Source: an uncultured delta proteobacterium (GTDB lineage: Bacteria > Myxococcota_A > Polyangia > Polyangiales > Polyangiaceae). From it: a stretch of 64,000 nt of DNA. The notes under the pieces were generated by a model, which was given only the letters and a program-made list of their open reading frames with translations, searched no databases and was not told the DNA's origin. Position numbers and translations under genes: made by a program. Every line of letters begins with the position of its first letter. Positions within the stretch are counted from its first letter, which is position 1. Shown in pieces: positions 1 to 9,131 of the stretch. The stretch is from contig CAVOKF010000003.1 in NCBI GenBank assembly GCA_963696385.1, positions 96,001 through 160,000 of the forward strand, in the 5' to 3' direction.

Positions 1-830
1 CGCTCCTGGCCGTGCAGCATCGCCACGATAATGTTTGCGCCGTGCCGTCCCGAGTCATAGAGAGGCTGCCGGACCGTCGTGAGCGAAGGGCTCGCGAACC
101 GCGCCTCATCAATGTCGTCGAACCCTGCCACGCCAATGCGTCGGGGTACATCGAAAGCACGCGCCTGGAGAGCCTCCATCGCGCCGAGCGCCATCAAATC
201 GTTCGCCGCCACGACGGCGTCAAAATGCACTCGTCGTTCGTCGCACAGGACGCGTACGGCTTCGGCGCCCGACAGCGCATTAAAGTCACCGATCGTGACC
301 AGGCGGGGGTCGAACCCAATGCCGTGGCGGCCCAGCGCTTCAACATAAGCGCCGTACCTCCGTTCGGCCTCTTCGTTGCCGACCGGCCCGCGCACGAACG
401 CGATCCTCTGCTTCGCATGGGCGACCACCATGTGCTCCAGGAGCCGTCGCATCCCTCCGGCGTTGTCGACCAGCACGCAGGGTCGCCCGGGAAGCTCGAC
501 CGCAAGCGCACACACGGGCAGAGGGGCGAAACGCGAGCAGTAGGCCGACAGCGCCTCCGGCCCAATATGATTGCCGAGTGGCGTCAAAACGATCACGCCG
601 TCGATGCGCGTCGGATCGATCAAGTCGTAAAGCGCATTGCGTTGCGAGGACGACCGGTCCGGTGAATCGATGACCCCGCCACAAAAGAGGACCACCGAGT
701 GGCCGAGATCGCGAAGCGCGTCGCTTGCGCCAAACAATACCGTGTTCTGGTACTCGTCGAGCACACTGTCCGACAGGATCGCAATCGTCCACCGCCTGTT
801 CCCCTTCCCGGCCGAACCGTGATGACTCAT
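1..830 (-). CDS. LacI/GalR-type sugar-binding sensor domain protein without an N-terminal HTH; runs off the left edge, so the output domain is not visible
   Basis: Not in the ORF track because its stop is outside the window. Manual translation from ATG at 830 (GAGG upstream): MSHHGSAGKGNRRWTIAILSDSVLDEYQNTVLFG...VLVDNAGGM...RIAFVRGPVGNEEAERRY...AANDLMALGAMEAL...VAGFDDIDEARFASPSLTTVRQP, typical of the periplasmic-binding-protein-like LacI family. Confidence 0.9.
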   Translation of the reverse strand, partial: MSHHGSAGKGNRRWTIAILSDSVLDEYQNTVLFGASDALRDLGHSVVLFCGGVIDSPDRSSSQRNALYDLIDPTRIDGVIVLTPLGNHIGPEALSAYCSRFAPLPVCALAVELPGRPCVLVDNAGGMRRLLEHMVVAHAKQRIAFVRGPVGNEEAERRYGAYVEALGRHGIGFDPRLVTIGDFNALSGAEAVRVLCDERRVHFDAVVAANDLMALGAMEALQARAFDVPRRIGVAGFDDIDEARFASPSLTTVRQPLYDSGRHGANIIVAMLHGQE

Positions 831-876
831 CGTGGCCTCGAGGCGAGATTCCATGGTACCGCGCGGCGATCTTGCT

Positions 877-2397
877 TCAAGGCTTCAAGCCGATCTCCGG
901 TCCGATCACACGGTCCATCGGCCGCGCCGGGCCGATGAGGTCCTTGACGGAACGCACACAGTTTCGCCCTCGTGCCTTCGCTTCGTAGAGAGCGGCATCG
1001 GCACCACGCGCCAAGTCTTCGAATACCCAGGGTGCCGGAGCGTGAGCTACTCCAATCGAAACCGTAACGCGCAGAATGCTTCCATCGGCAACGGTCGTCG
1101 TCGCGTCCTCGATGGCTCGGCGCAATCGCTCGCCCGTCGTGAGTCCGCCCACGGGTTCGGCGCACGGAAGGGCAATCAAGAACTCCTCACCGCCCCAACG
1201 CGCGATGTAGTCGCTTTGACGAAGTGCCTGCATCGCCGTGGTGGCCACGGTCTGAATAACCCGATCCCCGGCGAAATGACCATACCGGTCATTTACCTGT
1301 TTGAAGTGGTCGATGTCGAGAATCAAAACTGCCAACGCATGCCCGTAGCGCTGGGACCGGTTGTTCTCGCGAGCGATTTGCTCAAGGAGCGCCCGTCGGT
1401 TCATCAAGCCCGTCAGCGGATCGGTCGCCGCGGTACGCCGGGCTTCTTCGAGCAATGACACGATGCGCCACGGCCCCCCCAGCTCCGAAGCGATGAGGTC
1501 GACAGTGCGACGCCCAGCGTGCGTATGGCTCCGCCGCGGCAGCCCGATCGCGAATTGCCCGCATTGCCTGTTTCCGGAGAACACCGGAACCTCGACCGCG
1601 ATCCACACGTCGGTAGCAAGACCTCGCCCCGCAGCTGGACGAAACACGGCACACCGAACATCACCTGCCACGCCGAATGCCGCCCGAGCCGAGGCCTCGG
1701 ACTGAGCCCGCCGTACGACCGGTGCGCTGAGGAAAATGCCGGGCGTCGGTCCCTCGACGAGCAAAGCGACCCAAACGGGAGCCAGAAGGTGGCGCACCAG
1801 GGTCTCGAGTCCGAAAAAAAACTGCTCGTACCCATCGAACGCGGCAAGCGCTCTCACCTCGGCGGCCACGACCGCTTCGAACATGGCGTCGTCGAGCGCC
1901 TGCGATAGCCGTCGCGTCAGCCGCTCCTTCGTAATCGGCTCAGACGCCGGTCGCCCGCTCAACGGCGTGATCCGGCTAAACCTGTCAAGCAACGGCGGGA
2001 GCTCGCTCTCGAGCGAATGGGGCACGTGTGCGCGTGGACACGTCGCATTCGCGAACAGACGTGCCCGGCTGTCCCCGGGCGCGACTAACAATACGAGGAC
2101 GACGTCCGCCAAGGAGGCCTCTTGCTCCAGAAGACGAAAGAGCTGAGTCCCCGACATGTCGGGCAGATCGACTTCAGCGACAATCGCATCGACCGTCTCC
2201 GTCGTTGCGATTTCGATTGCCGTTGTGCCGTCGGTGCAATTCAACACCGTCCAACCGTGGGTCTCGAGAACGCGGGTCACACGCTCTCGAATGGTATCGT
2301 CCTTGGCGACGACGACTCCGGCGTGCAATTTGGTACACTCGGACTGCGGCCCGGGGTCGACCTTCTCGTCCGGGCGGGAGCCGCCGTGCAGTGTCAT
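877..2397 (-). CDS. Diguanylate cyclase with N-terminal atypical receiver domain and GAF-like middle region
   Basis: C-terminal DPLTGLMNRR, LDIDHFKQVNDRYGHFAGD and RQSDYIARWGGEEF (I-site RxxD plus GGEEF). N-terminal REC-like segment in which the usual acceptor Asp reads as Glu (IVAEVDLP). Confidence 0.93.
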   Translation of the reverse strand: MTLHGGSRPDEKVDPGPQSECTKLHAGVVVAKDDTIRERVTRVLETHGWTVLNCTDGTTAIEIATTETVDAIVAEVDLPDMSGTQLFRLLEQEASLADVVLVLLVAPGDSRARLFANATCPRAHVPHSLESELPPLLDRFSRITPLSGRPASEPITKERLTRRLSQALDDAMFEAVVAAEVRALAAFDGYEQFFFGLETLVRHLLAPVWVALLVEGPTPGIFLSAPVVRRAQSEASARAAFGVAGDVRCAVFRPAAGRGLATDVWIAVEVPVFSGNRQCGQFAIGLPRRSHTHAGRRTVDLIASELGGPWRIVSLLEEARRTAATDPLTGLMNRRALLEQIARENNRSQRYGHALAVLILDIDHFKQVNDRYGHFAGDRVIQTVATTAMQALRQSDYIARWGGEEFLIALPCAEPVGGLTTGERLRRAIEDATTTVADGSILRVTVSIGVAHAPAPWVFEDLARGADAALYEAKARGRNCVRSVKDLIGPARPMDRVIGPEIGLKP

Positions 2398-2446
2398 CGA
2401 CTTCGCTTCTCCCGTTTCCGTTCATCATTTTAGCATGGTCGAGGCA

Positions 2447-2944
2447 ATGCCCCAGCTTTACGCCGACGAACGCGTCTATTTCGAGCTCGTGTTTCGGCCA
2501 AGCGTGGTCCTGACGACTTCCGTTCGGCGTTTCGTGTCGGATTTTTATGAACGGGTTCTCGACGACGAGGATTCGACGTCGCGGCTCGCCATGGCGACTC
2601 AGGAACTTCTGGAGAACGCGGTCAAGTACGGATCCCATGGCGAGACGGTGCTCCGTATCGAGGTCCTCCGAAGCGAAGGGCTTGTCCGCATCCACACCAG
2701 CAATAGAAGCGATGCGCTGAACATCGCGATCCTCGAGCGCCGAATCTCGGAGATGCGATCGGCCGCGGATCCCTTTGGGTTCTACCAACGGCTCCTGCGC
2801 GCGACCGTGCATGAGCCTGCCGGATCGGGTCTTGGACTCGCTCGCATTCGATGCGAGGGCGAGATGGAGGTGGACTTGACCGTCGAGGGCGACCGCGTAG
2901 CCATCAACGCGATCGCGCGGACCCATTCGGTGGTGCCGTCGTGA
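2447..2944 (+). CDS. Small GHKL-fold anti-sigma-type Ser/Thr kinase (SiaB / Slr1658-like)
   Basis: N-box ATQELLENAVKY and G2 box GSGLGLARI in a ~165-aa protein with no HisKA domain. Start at 2435 or 2447. Confidence 0.8.
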   Translation: MPQLYADERVYFELVFRPSVVLTTSVRRFVSDFYERVLDDEDSTSRLAMATQELLENAVKYGSHGETVLRIEVLRSEGLVRIHTSNRSDALNIAILERRISEMRSAADPFGFYQRLLRATVHEPAGSGLGLARIRCEGEMEVDLTVEGDRVAINAIARTHSVVPS

Positions 2945-3303
2945 GAGAGCACCTCGACGGATTTTCCTCGCGGATCGCACGCAGCGGCGAGGCGCTCCAC
3001 GTGCTTCTCGAGGGAGACGCGAACATGAATGCGGTCGAAGACGTGGGTCGCGCGCTCGACGAAGTGAACAAAACGGCCCTGCGCGAGAACGTGAGTGTCG
3101 TCGTGATCGATGTGCGCAATCTGGAATTCATGAACTCGTCTTGCTTCAAGAAATTCGTGTCTTGGTTAGGTCACGTGCAGGAGCTTCCTAGGGAAACGCA
3201 GTATATGATTCGGTTTCTTTCGGATCCGAAGATGCACTGGCAGCGCCGTAGTCTTCACGTCCTTCAGTGCTTCGCACCGGACGTCGTTACCGTCGAGACG
3301 TGA
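2941..3303 (+). CDS. STAS-fold anti-anti-sigma-type partner protein (SiaC / Slr1659-like)
   Basis: GTGA overlap with the upstream kinase. IDVRNLEFMNSSCF resembles the SpoIIAA DSSG phospho-loop; C-terminal HWQRRSL. Confidence 0.8.
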   Translation: MREHLDGFSSRIARSGEALHVLLEGDANMNAVEDVGRALDEVNKTALRENVSVVVIDVRNLEFMNSSCFKKFVSWLGHVQELPRETQYMIRFLSDPKMHWQRRSLHVLQCFAPDVVTVET

Positions 3304-3377
3304 CTCCGGGTCGCGGAATGCGGTCTTCTGGCGGAGCGGGAGGCGAGCGTCTCGCGGCGTGCTGGGCAGCGTGGAGT

Positions 3378-3854
3378 TTACTCCAGGACGCCGCTCCGGC
3401 CCTCCATCGCGGCGCGAAGCATCTCGTGCATGCCCATGGCCAGCCACGTTGGAAGGTCCGCGGGCGCGAACAGTCGAGCCTCGGTGATTTCAAGTGGATT
3501 GGACGGCTCACGCAAGAGAGGCCCGATTCGGCACTCGACCAAGATCGTTACAGCGTGTAGCCGCGGGTCGCGATCGGGGCGCGAGAAGACTCCGACCAGG
3601 CGGACAATCTCGCAGCGGTCGACGCCGGCTTCCTCGGCGAGCTCACGAGCGATGCTCGAACGCAATGTCTCGCCCCATTCGAGCGTGCCGCCCGGTAGGG
3701 CCCATTCGTCCATGTCCGCGCGCCGCACCAGCAGCCATTGGCCATCGTCGGTGCAGGCGGCGGCCGCGATGCCCACAACCGGCCGCCGGATCACATGGCG
3801 GGCCACTTCCTTCACAATTGCGAAAGCACCCATTGGAATGCGAAGCCGCAGCAT
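3378..3854 (-). CDS. NUDIX hydrolase
   Basis: Nudix box GGTLEWGETLRSSIARELAEEAG and downstream RPDRDPR. Start at 3854 or 3833. Confidence 0.9.
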   Translation of the reverse strand: MLRLRIPMGAFAIVKEVARHVIRRPVVGIAAAACTDDGQWLLVRRADMDEWALPGGTLEWGETLRSSIARELAEEAGVDRCEIVRLVGVFSRPDRDPRLHAVTILVECRIGPLLREPSNPLEITEARLFAPADLPTWLAMGMHEMLRAAMEGRSGVLE

Positions 3855-3981
3855 GGGTCGAGGCATACCACCGCGTCGCGTCCCGATCTTCCGACGAGCC
3901 GATTTCCGCCTACTGAAGGAATCGTACGCGCCGCGCAGCGGCAACGTTGAATACGCCTCATGCGTGGACTACCAACGCGGC

Positions 3982-6546
3982 ATGCCGACGCTGAGGCATT
4001 TCACCGTGGTACCGCGGCTGCCGCCCGCCCTCGAGCGCCTCCGCGACATTGCCTACAACCTCTGGTGGTCGTGGTCGCCCGCAGGCGAAGAGCTCTTTGC
4101 GCGCCTCGATCCGGACCTCTGGGAGACCGCCCACGGAAATCCAATCGAGCTTCTGGCTAGCGTTGACCAGCCTCGCCTCGACGAGCTTGCGAACGACGAT
4201 GCCTTCACCGGTCAGCTCGATGCCACGTGGCAGCTGCTTGAACGCTACCTGCAGCGCGAAGGCTGGTTTTCGCGATCTTTCCCCGAGACGGCGGGTGCAC
4301 GACTTGCTTATTTCTCGATGGAGTACGGAATTCACGAGTGTCTGCCGATTTACTCCGGAGGCCTCGGGGTGTTGGCCGGAGACCATCTCAAGGCGGCCAG
4401 CGATCTCGGCGTGCCACTCATCGGCGTCGGGTTAGCCTACGCGGAGGGATACTTCCGCCAGGCGCTCAACACCGACGGCTGGCAGGGCGAACGCTATCCG
4501 ATCAATGACTGGCGCCGGATGCCGGTTCTGCCGGTGCTCGACGACGCACGGAACCGCCTTCTCATTCGTGTGCAGTATCCGCATGGCATCGTGCACGCCC
4601 AGCTTTGGAAGGTTCAGGTGGGGCGTGTCCCGCTGATGCTTCTCGACGCGAATCTCGAGCAAAACTCACCGGCCGATCGAGCGATCACCGGCCCCTTGTA
4701 CGGCGGGGACCAAGAGTTTCGGGTCCGGCAGGAAATCATGCTCGGGATCGGGGGCATTCACGCACTGGAAGCCATGAAGCTATCGCCGACCGTTTGTCAC
4801 ATGAACGAGGGACACTCGGCGTTTCTAGCGATCGAGCGCATCGGGCGCGTCATGAGGGAGCGCAAGGTCTCGTTTCACGTGGCCAGCGAAGCGAATAGCG
4901 CCGGCAACATTTTCACGACTCACACCCCCGTGCCGGCAGGAAATGACGCGTTCGATCCCGGCCTCGTGCGGCGCTACCTCGAACCGTACCGGTCGGCGCT
5001 CGGCATCTCGGACGCCGAGTTGCTGGGCCTAGGACGTATCGATGCCCGCGACCAGGGCGCCCCGTTCTCGATGCCGATCCTCGCGTTTCGTACGTCGGAT
5101 CACTATAACGGCGTGAGCGAGCTGCACGGCGAGGTTTCACGTACGATGTGGCAAGGCCTTTGGCCCGAGCTCCCGACGCACGAAATTCCTATCGAGTCGA
5201 TCACGAACGGCGTGCACACCTCGTCGTGGGTCGCCCACGAGATGGGAGCTCTATTCACTCGTTATCTGGGACCGCGCTGGTCCGAGCATCCCGACGATGC
5301 GGATCTCTGGGAACGCGCCTACGAGATCCCGGACGCCGAGCTCTGGCAGGTGCATGAGCATCGCCGGCACCGATTGGTTCAACACGCACGGCGGTGGTCG
5401 CGAGCGGCCGCCGATCGCCGTGGCGCGGGACTGGAGGAATTGGAGCTTGCAGACGAGGTCCTCGACCCGCAGGCGTTGACGATTGGCTTCGCGCGACGCT
5501 TCGCCACGTACAAGCGCGCGACGCTGTTGTTTACCGATCTGGAGCGCGTCAAGAGACTTTTGGGCGACCCGCTTCGCCCCATGCAGCTCGTTTTCGCCGG
5601 CAAAGCGCATCCGCAGGATCGCGGCGGCAAGGATCTGATTCGCTCGATCATTCACGCCAGCCGCGATCCGGGGTTGCGGGGCCGCGTCGTATTCCTGGAG
5701 GATTACGACATGCGCATGGCACGCGCGCTCGTGAGCGGCGTCGACGTATGGCTCAATACTCCACGCCGCCCGCTGGAGGCGAGCGGCACCAGCGGTATGA
5801 AGGCCGCGGCCAACGGGGGCCTCAACCTAAGCGTTCTCGACGGCTGGTTCGCCGAGGCGTGGCGCGATCACGGGTGCGATGTCGGCTGGGCCATCGGGCG
5901 CGGCGAAGAGTACCTCGACGCGAGCGGAGACGCCCGGGAAGCCGAGCTGCTCTACGACGTTCTCGAGCGTGAGGTGGTCCCCCTATTTTATGATCGCGAC
6001 GGCGTCGGGCGACTGCCACGCGCCTGGATCAAACGCATGAAGCACGCGATCGCGAAGCTCGTTCCGCGTTACAACACGGCGCGCATGGTTCGCGACTACG
6101 CCCGGCGCTTTTACGTTCCGGGGATCAAGCTTTCCCATAACCTCATGGACGACGATCTCGCGGCGGCCAAGGCGCTCACTGCTTGGAAAGACCGGGTCCG
6201 CGACGCCTGGCCTGGCGTTTCCGTTCGCGAGGTTCGGCTCGAGTCACGCGATGAAGTCGCCGTCGGCGAAGCGCTCAAAGTCACCGCGACGGTGCATCTC
6301 GGCGCACTCGACCCTCAAGATGTCGCGGTTGAGCTATACCACGGGCCGACCGGCGGCGGGCACGAGATTGCGCAAGGGCGCATCGTGCGGATGCGCCCCG
6401 TCGAACGGACAGATGACGGCCAGTGGCGATATTCGGGAGAAATCGCGACGGGCCAAAGTGGAGCTCACGCCTTCGCAGCGCGCGTCGTCCCCTACAGCGA
6501 AGCGATGACCCATCCCTACGAAACGTCCCTGATTCGCTGGGCGTGA
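3982..6546 (+). CDS. glgP: Alpha-glucan (glycogen/maltodextrin) phosphorylase
   Basis: AYFSMEYG, YSGGLGVLAGDHLK, HMNEGH, GFARRFATYKR and PLP-lysine motif EASGTSGMKAA. Start MPTLRHF at 3982. Confidence 0.96.
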   Translation: MPTLRHFTVVPRLPPALERLRDIAYNLWWSWSPAGEELFARLDPDLWETAHGNPIELLASVDQPRLDELANDDAFTGQLDATWQLLERYLQREGWFSRSFPETAGARLAYFSMEYGIHECLPIYSGGLGVLAGDHLKAASDLGVPLIGVGLAYAEGYFRQALNTDGWQGERYPINDWRRMPVLPVLDDARNRLLIRVQYPHGIVHAQLWKVQVGRVPLMLLDANLEQNSPADRAITGPLYGGDQEFRVRQEIMLGIGGIHALEAMKLSPTVCHMNEGHSAFLAIERIGRVMRERKVSFHVASEANSAGNIFTTHTPVPAGNDAFDPGLVRRYLEPYRSALGISDAELLGLGRIDARDQGAPFSMPILAFRTSDHYNGVSELHGEVSRTMWQGLWPELPTHEIPIESITNGVHTSSWVAHEMGALFTRYLGPRWSEHPDDADLWERAYEIPDAELWQVHEHRRHRLVQHARRWSRAAADRRGAGLEELELADEVLDPQALTIGFARRFATYKRATLLFTDLERVKRLLGDPLRPMQLVFAGKAHPQDRGGKDLIRSIIHASRDPGLRGRVVFLEDYDMRMARALVSGVDVWLNTPRRPLEASGTSGMKAAANGGLNLSVLDGWFAEAWRDHGCDVGWAIGRGEEYLDASGDAREAELLYDVLEREVVPLFYDRDGVGRLPRAWIKRMKHAIAKLVPRYNTARMVRDYARRFYVPGIKLSHNLMDDDLAAAKALTAWKDRVRDAWPGVSVREVRLESRDEVAVGEALKVTATVHLGALDPQDVAVELYHGPTGGGHEIAQGRIVRMRPVERTDDGQWRYSGEIATGQSGAHAFAARVVPYSEAMTHPYETSLIRWA

Positions 6547-6648
6547 TTCCTACCAGGCTCGCCGCCGAAATGCTCGGGTCGGTGAACAAACCGGATGCAT
6601 CCGTGACGGTTGGGGACCGTCCTCTTCCGTCGCACGCACACGCCACGC

Positions 6649-7383
6649 ATGGTAAAAGAAGCTATCGTGCGAGGTTTCGTCGATCTGCACTGCCATTGGA
6701 TCGCAGGAATCGACGACGGCGCGCGGACACCGGAAGAGGGCCTGCTCATGCTGCGCCGGCTGCACGAAGCCGGCTTCAGCGAAGTCGTCGCGACGCCGCA
6801 CATGAGGCCAGGGATGTTCGACAACGACAAGGCGAGCATCGAACGTTCATTTGCAGCCATGCAGCCGACTCTCTCGGCAAGCGTAGCTGTGCCGCTCGTA
6901 CACCTCGCGAGCGAGCATTTCTTCGATGACGTGGTCTTTGGACGCTTGATCCGCGGCGAAGGGCTTCCCTATACAGGCAAGGCCGTGCTCGTCGAGTTCG
7001 GAAAGGCCTTCCCGGCGCGTGCTCAGCACCGGTTCTTCGACCTTCGGCGCGCCGGACTCGTGCCCGTACTCGCCCACCCCGAGCGGTACGAGTCCGTTTG
7101 GCGCGATGACGGCTGTTTGGACCCCTTGCTCGATGCCGGAGCTCACCTGCTTCTCGACCTGTGCGCGCTCATCGGGAAATATGGCCGCCTACCGCAGCGA
7201 GCGGCGGAAAAGCTGCTTGAAGAGGACGCGTACGAGGCTGCCTGTTCGGACGCGCACAAACCGGATGACGTCGACGATGTCGCCCTCGCGATCGATCGTC
7301 TCCGGTCCCTGGTCGGTGCCGTTGAGGCGCATCGACTTCTGGCGGAGGGGCCGCGATCCATCCTGCATGGATCGCTTCACTAG
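6649..7383 (+). CDS. PHP-family protein tyrosine phosphatase (CpsB/CapC/YwqE type)
   Basis: DLHCHWIAGIDDGA, ATPH, LAHPERY and SDAH metal-binding motifs. Confidence 0.9.
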   Translation: MVKEAIVRGFVDLHCHWIAGIDDGARTPEEGLLMLRRLHEAGFSEVVATPHMRPGMFDNDKASIERSFAAMQPTLSASVAVPLVHLASEHFFDDVVFGRLIRGEGLPYTGKAVLVEFGKAFPARAQHRFFDLRRAGLVPVLAHPERYESVWRDDGCLDPLLDAGAHLLLDLCALIGKYGRLPQRAAEKLLEEDAYEAACSDAHKPDDVDDVALAIDRLRSLVGAVEAHRLLAEGPRSILHGSLH

Positions 7384-7435
7384 AACCGCGAGCCGTCTGA
7401 GCCAATGACCTCCGTCGTGCTATGCTGGTTTCTCA

Positions 7436-8590
7436 GTGGCTAAGGCCGGTATGGGAAGCGTCGTTGCCTCCCCGCAGGGATTTTTGCGGCGTCATGCCGG
7501 CAAATTCGTCGCTTCGGGACTCATCACGTGCGGAATCGTTTACACCGTCCACAAAGGCGGTCTTAAATTCTTGCCCGAGGGGGGCGACTTCCAGCGCGTT
7601 CGATGGTGGGCCTTGTCACTTTACCTGGTGACTTGGGTCACGATGACTTGGTTTCGCAGCGTCCGGTGGCGCTATCTCTTGCGATCGATCGCCGAAGTTC
7701 CGCGAAAGCGGCTCTTTACGGTTTCATGCATCGGCTTCGCGGCGATTCTCGTGATGCCGTTCCGCATCGGCGAGATCGTGCGACCGTACATGATTCGGAC
7801 GCCTGCAAGCGACCGCGAACCGTCGAGTCGACCCATTACGCTGACGGCGGCCACGAGCTCGGTGGTCGCCGAACGTGTCATCGACGGCCTTTATATCAGT
7901 ATCGTCTTGGCGGTCGCCCTGCTCTTCGTACCGACGGTCCAACCGCTTCCGGACCGGGTCGTCGGTCTGCCGGTCACCGTTGCCGAGGTTCGGTGGAGCG
8001 GTTACGCGATGCTGGCGCTCTTCGGCGCATTGTTTGCGACGATCGCCGTTTTCTACTTCGCGCGATCGTGGGCGCATCGCACCACCCTTGCCGTCGTCGG
8101 GAAGTTATCCATGAAGGCCGCCGAGAGGCTTGCGAGTACTTGCGAGAAGTTCGCGGATGGACTGCATGTTTTTGGTCGGGGTGGCGACGCTCTAGGATTT
8201 CTCTTCGAGACGACGCTCTATTGGGGCCTGAATGTTTGTGGAATGTGGTTGCTGGCGTGGGGCTGCGGTGTCGCACATGCGGACGGATCGTCGCCATCCT
8301 TCGGGGAAGCGTGCGCGCTGATGGGCATGCTGAGTTGCGCGATCCTCATTCCAGGACCGCCTGGGATGCTCGGCGTCTTCCAGGCCGGCATCTATGCCGG
8401 GATGACGATGTTTTACCCGACCCACATCGTCACGGGCCCCGGCGCCGCTTACGTCTTTCTGCTGTACGCGACTCAATGCGTCTTCGCCCTGATGGCCGGC
8501 GCGATTGCGCTGGCCACCGTGCGCGGCGGAATCCGCGAGCTCGAAGAGTCTGAGGGGATTCTCCCCCGAACGGCTGGCGTCGCCGAGTAG
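7436..8590 (+). CDS. Lysylphosphatidylglycerol-synthase TM / flippase-like integral membrane protein (UPF0104-like)
   Basis: Multiple TM segments; RSVRWRYLL, PFRIGEIVR, VVAERVIDG and IPGPPGMLGVFQ motifs. Confidence 0.85.
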   Translation: MAKAGMGSVVASPQGFLRRHAGKFVASGLITCGIVYTVHKGGLKFLPEGGDFQRVRWWALSLYLVTWVTMTWFRSVRWRYLLRSIAEVPRKRLFTVSCIGFAAILVMPFRIGEIVRPYMIRTPASDREPSSRPITLTAATSSVVAERVIDGLYISIVLAVALLFVPTVQPLPDRVVGLPVTVAEVRWSGYAMLALFGALFATIAVFYFARSWAHRTTLAVVGKLSMKAAERLASTCEKFADGLHVFGRGGDALGFLFETTLYWGLNVCGMWLLAWGCGVAHADGSSPSFGEACALMGMLSCAILIPGPPGMLGVFQAGIYAGMTMFYPTHIVTGPGAAYVFLLYATQCVFALMAGAIALATVRGGIRELEESEGILPRTAGVAE

Positions 8591-8644
8591 GAAACGTTTC
8601 TTGGCGGTCGGGTCCCGCCCGAGCTATTCAGACGAGAGGCGGCC

Positions 8645-9112
8645 ATGGGTTGTGCTTCGAAGGCTGCGCTCGTTGGGGCGCTCTCGGGTGGGGTCCTGGC
8701 CGTCTTCATCGTCGCGCGTGCCCCGTGCGCAAGCGCCAAAGCAACCTACGAGTCACCGTATGGCTATACACGCACGTGGAACGCCGCTCTGCGCCTCGTC
8801 CGCGTCGATAGAGGTTGGAAAATCGCCGAAAAGGACGAGAGCAGCGGCTACCTTCTTTTCGAATATACGTCACCGGAAAATGCGAAGCCGAGCGCCGGCT
8901 CGGTCGAGCTGATTCGAGGTCCTGACGCCGATGTCGCCGTTGGCGTAGTCGTGCAGATTCCGCAAATGCCGCGCTATCACGAACAGATGGTGCTCGATGC
9001 GCTTGCGGCCAAAATGCGCCGCGAATACGGGGATGCCCCGCCCCCGATCCGCGGTGGACATGCGCCGCCGGATGGGCTGCCCGATGCCGGCCAGGCGGCC
9101 GACGCGGATTGA
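8645..9112 (+). CDS. Hypothetical exported protein
   Basis: Signal-peptide-like N-terminus, globular alpha/beta core (YTRTWNAALRLVRVDRGWKIAEKDESSGYLLFEY) and Pro-rich tail. Same strand as and close to the upstream gene. Confidence 0.75.
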   Translation: MGCASKAALVGALSGGVLAVFIVARAPCASAKATYESPYGYTRTWNAALRLVRVDRGWKIAEKDESSGYLLFEYTSPENAKPSAGSVELIRGPDADVAVGVVVQIPQMPRYHEQMVLDALAAKMRREYGDAPPPIRGGHAPPDGLPDAGQAADAD

Positions 9113-9131
9113 TCCGAATCGAGGCCGATCG

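Noticed and set aside
3430..3981. N-terminal extension of GlgP in the ORF track (likewise extensions of the ORFs starting at 2156, 20316, 27655, 34369, 43465 and 56138)
   Set aside because: These extensions overlap other credible genes; internal starts fit the family N-termini better.
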